Shown in pieces: positions 61,981 to 64,000 of a stretch of 64,000 nt of DNA. The number at the start of each line of letters is the position of its first letter. Within the stretch, counting starts at the first letter, position 1. The notes under the pieces are model-generated. The model saw nothing but the letters and a program-made list of their open reading frames with translations. It was not told the origin of the DNA and searched no databases. The position numbers and the translations under genes were made by a program. Source of the DNA: Squalus acanthias (taxonomy: Eukaryota); assembly GCA_030390025.1 (NCBI GenBank), contig JASTWF010000345.1, positions 1 through 64,000 on the forward strand. The letters are read 5' to 3'.

Positions 61981-62400
61981 CCTGAGGGTTGTGGGTTCAA
62001 GTCCCACTCCAGAGACTTGAGCACAAAATCTAGGTTGACACACCAGCACTGAGGGAGTCCGCTGCACTGTCGGAGGTGCCCTCTTTTTGATGAAACGTTA
62101 AACCGAGGCACCGTCTACTCTCTCAGGTGGATATAAAAGGTCCCATGGTACTGTTCGAAGAAGAGCAGGGGAATTCTCCCCAGTGTCCTGGTCAACATTT
62201 ATCCCTCAACCAATATCATTAAAATATAGATTTTCTGGTCATTTTCCCATTTCGGTTTTTGTGACCGAGCTGTGCACAAATTGCTTCCGCATTTCCTACA
62301 TTACAACAGAGACTACGCTTCAAAAGCACTTCATTGGTTGTAAAGTGCTTTGAGAAGTCCTGAGCTCGGGAAAGGCGCTATACAAATACAAGTTTTCTTC
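61981..62400 (+). mobile_element. Deu-domain SINE
   Basis: B-box GGTTCAAGTCC; core and tail match 1164-1522. Confidence 0.8.
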
Positions 62401-62958
62401 CCATTTTGTTACTTTGCTATTTTTCACTTTTTTTATCCATTCCTGCACACTTGCCCGTCTTGCTTTTTTTCTGCTTTCGCATCGTGATTTTTTCCCTTCC
62501 CCCCTCATATGGTTTAAACAATCCCCCACAACACTAGTTACTCTCCGAGAGAGGGCAAGTGAAGCCCATCCATCCTGTATAGGCTACTCTCGTCCCAGAA
62601 CTGATCTCAGTATTCCAGGAATGTGAACTATTCCCTGCTACACCTCCAGCCATGCATTTACTTCCTTTATCTTGCTATTCCTATACTGATTAGCAGAAGG
62701 AGTAATCCTGAGATTACTACGCTTGAGAGCCTGCTCTTTCATCCAGCTCCTAATTCCTGAAACTCCCTTTGCAGGTGCTCAATTCTATTCTTCATATTGA
62801 TTCTCTCAACTACTTCTGACGGTCCTTTTCCCTCTTTAAAACATTTTGCACCTCCTCCATTATATACCTTACCCTGGTAACTAGGAGCGAAGGCACTACT
62901 TGCGACTCGCAGTTGTGGCTACAAAAGCTCTTGTCTATTCTTTGACTCTGGAATCCCT

Positions 62959-64000
62959 GGGAGCGATTTTCCCAGCCCCGAGGAGGCGGGATTGGAGGCG
63001 GGACAGTTGGCAAAATGGCAAAAACTGAGGGTGGGTTCGGAACCCGCCTCCAACCCACCTCCACACAATTTTGCCGAAGGCGGTTTTGATGGGTGCGATT
63101 CGGTTCCGCCTCCAGCAGTCCAGAGAGGTAGTTAAGACCCTTAAATAGTGGTTAAGGGCCTCTATAATCCTATTTTGACAGGCCCTTGTTATTTTTCCAC
63201 ATTTTCAGCGTGTTCCATGACCCTCCTAAACCACGCCAGCTATTCCTGACGGGTTGACAAGTGGGTGGCCTCCTCACAGCTGCAGCTCCACCAATAAAAC
63301 GGAGCTTTCATCAGGGATCAGTTGCAGGTGGCAGAACTTTTGTTCCACAGGTCTTTCAGCACTTTTAGCAGGCCTACCGAAGTCGGAGGTGCTGCATCTT
63401 CTATCTCTCAACTGTGCGACCTCCTTGGAAGACCCTCTCCCTGCTTGGACTGAGCGCTTCCCCAACGGAGGTATCTGCCAGCAGCATGGGAACCATATAT
63501 TTCTTTTCACCATGGAGCTCAGATTTGGATGAGGAGCAGCCACGGCAGCAGCAGAACCAGGCAGCTCAGCAGCAACAGCAGCAGGAGTGCCAACCTCTTG
63601 CTCACCAACCTGATGCTGCACAGGGAAGAAGGCGCCAGCGCATCGAGGCACCTCGCTGCAGGAGATACCCCCTTAGGGTTTACAGACAAAGGATGAGCTA
63701 CCTCAACATGAGTGAGCAGCAGTGCCAAAGGAGGCTCAGACTTTCGTGAGAGGTTGTCTGAGACATCTGCGCACTGCTGCACCAACACCTGGAGCCCAGA
63801 GGTGCGGGTGGACACCCCTAACCAGTGGCTGTCAAAGTCACCACCGCACTCAACTTTTTTGCCTCAGGCTCCTTCCTGGGATCATTAGCAGACACCAGTG
63901 GCATCTCCCAGTCGGCCGCCCATAGTTGCATCACGCAGGTTACCGATGCCCTTTTCGCAAAGGCCCACAATTACATCCACTTCTCAAGGGATCAAGTAAG
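62959..64000 (+). mobile_element. Harbinger element, left part with degenerate transposase 5' region (cut by window end)
   Basis: Terminus [57 protein letters not shown]; in-frame TGA ~63747. Confidence 0.8.

Overview
Eukaryotic, almost entirely transposon-derived DNA. The repeat complement (HE1/V-type SINE, Deu-domain SINEs, many CR1 LINEs with 8-bp microsatellite tails, L2, Penelope-like elements, PIF/Harbinger DNA transposons) points to a cartilaginous fish (shark or ray); this is an inference. No host protein-coding exon could be identified. Main structures: (i) a complete 4.2-kb two-gene Harbinger (18639-22814) with TIRs, a TAA TSD, an open DDE transposase and a spliced Myb/SANT gene carrying one stop, plus its cognate 893-bp MITE and several older Harbinger relatives sharing a fixed-spacing CRE-TATA module; (ii) two Penelope-like families with minimal hammerhead ribozyme motifs, including a 3.7-kb palindromic insertion and a complex insertion that appears to have inverted and duplicated host DNA between two intact tandem hammerheads; (iii) solo LTRs, minisatellites, a template-switch palindrome and a possible TE-interrupted promoter near the window start. 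Family names come from motif recognition only; no database search was run, and boundaries of old repeats are approximate.
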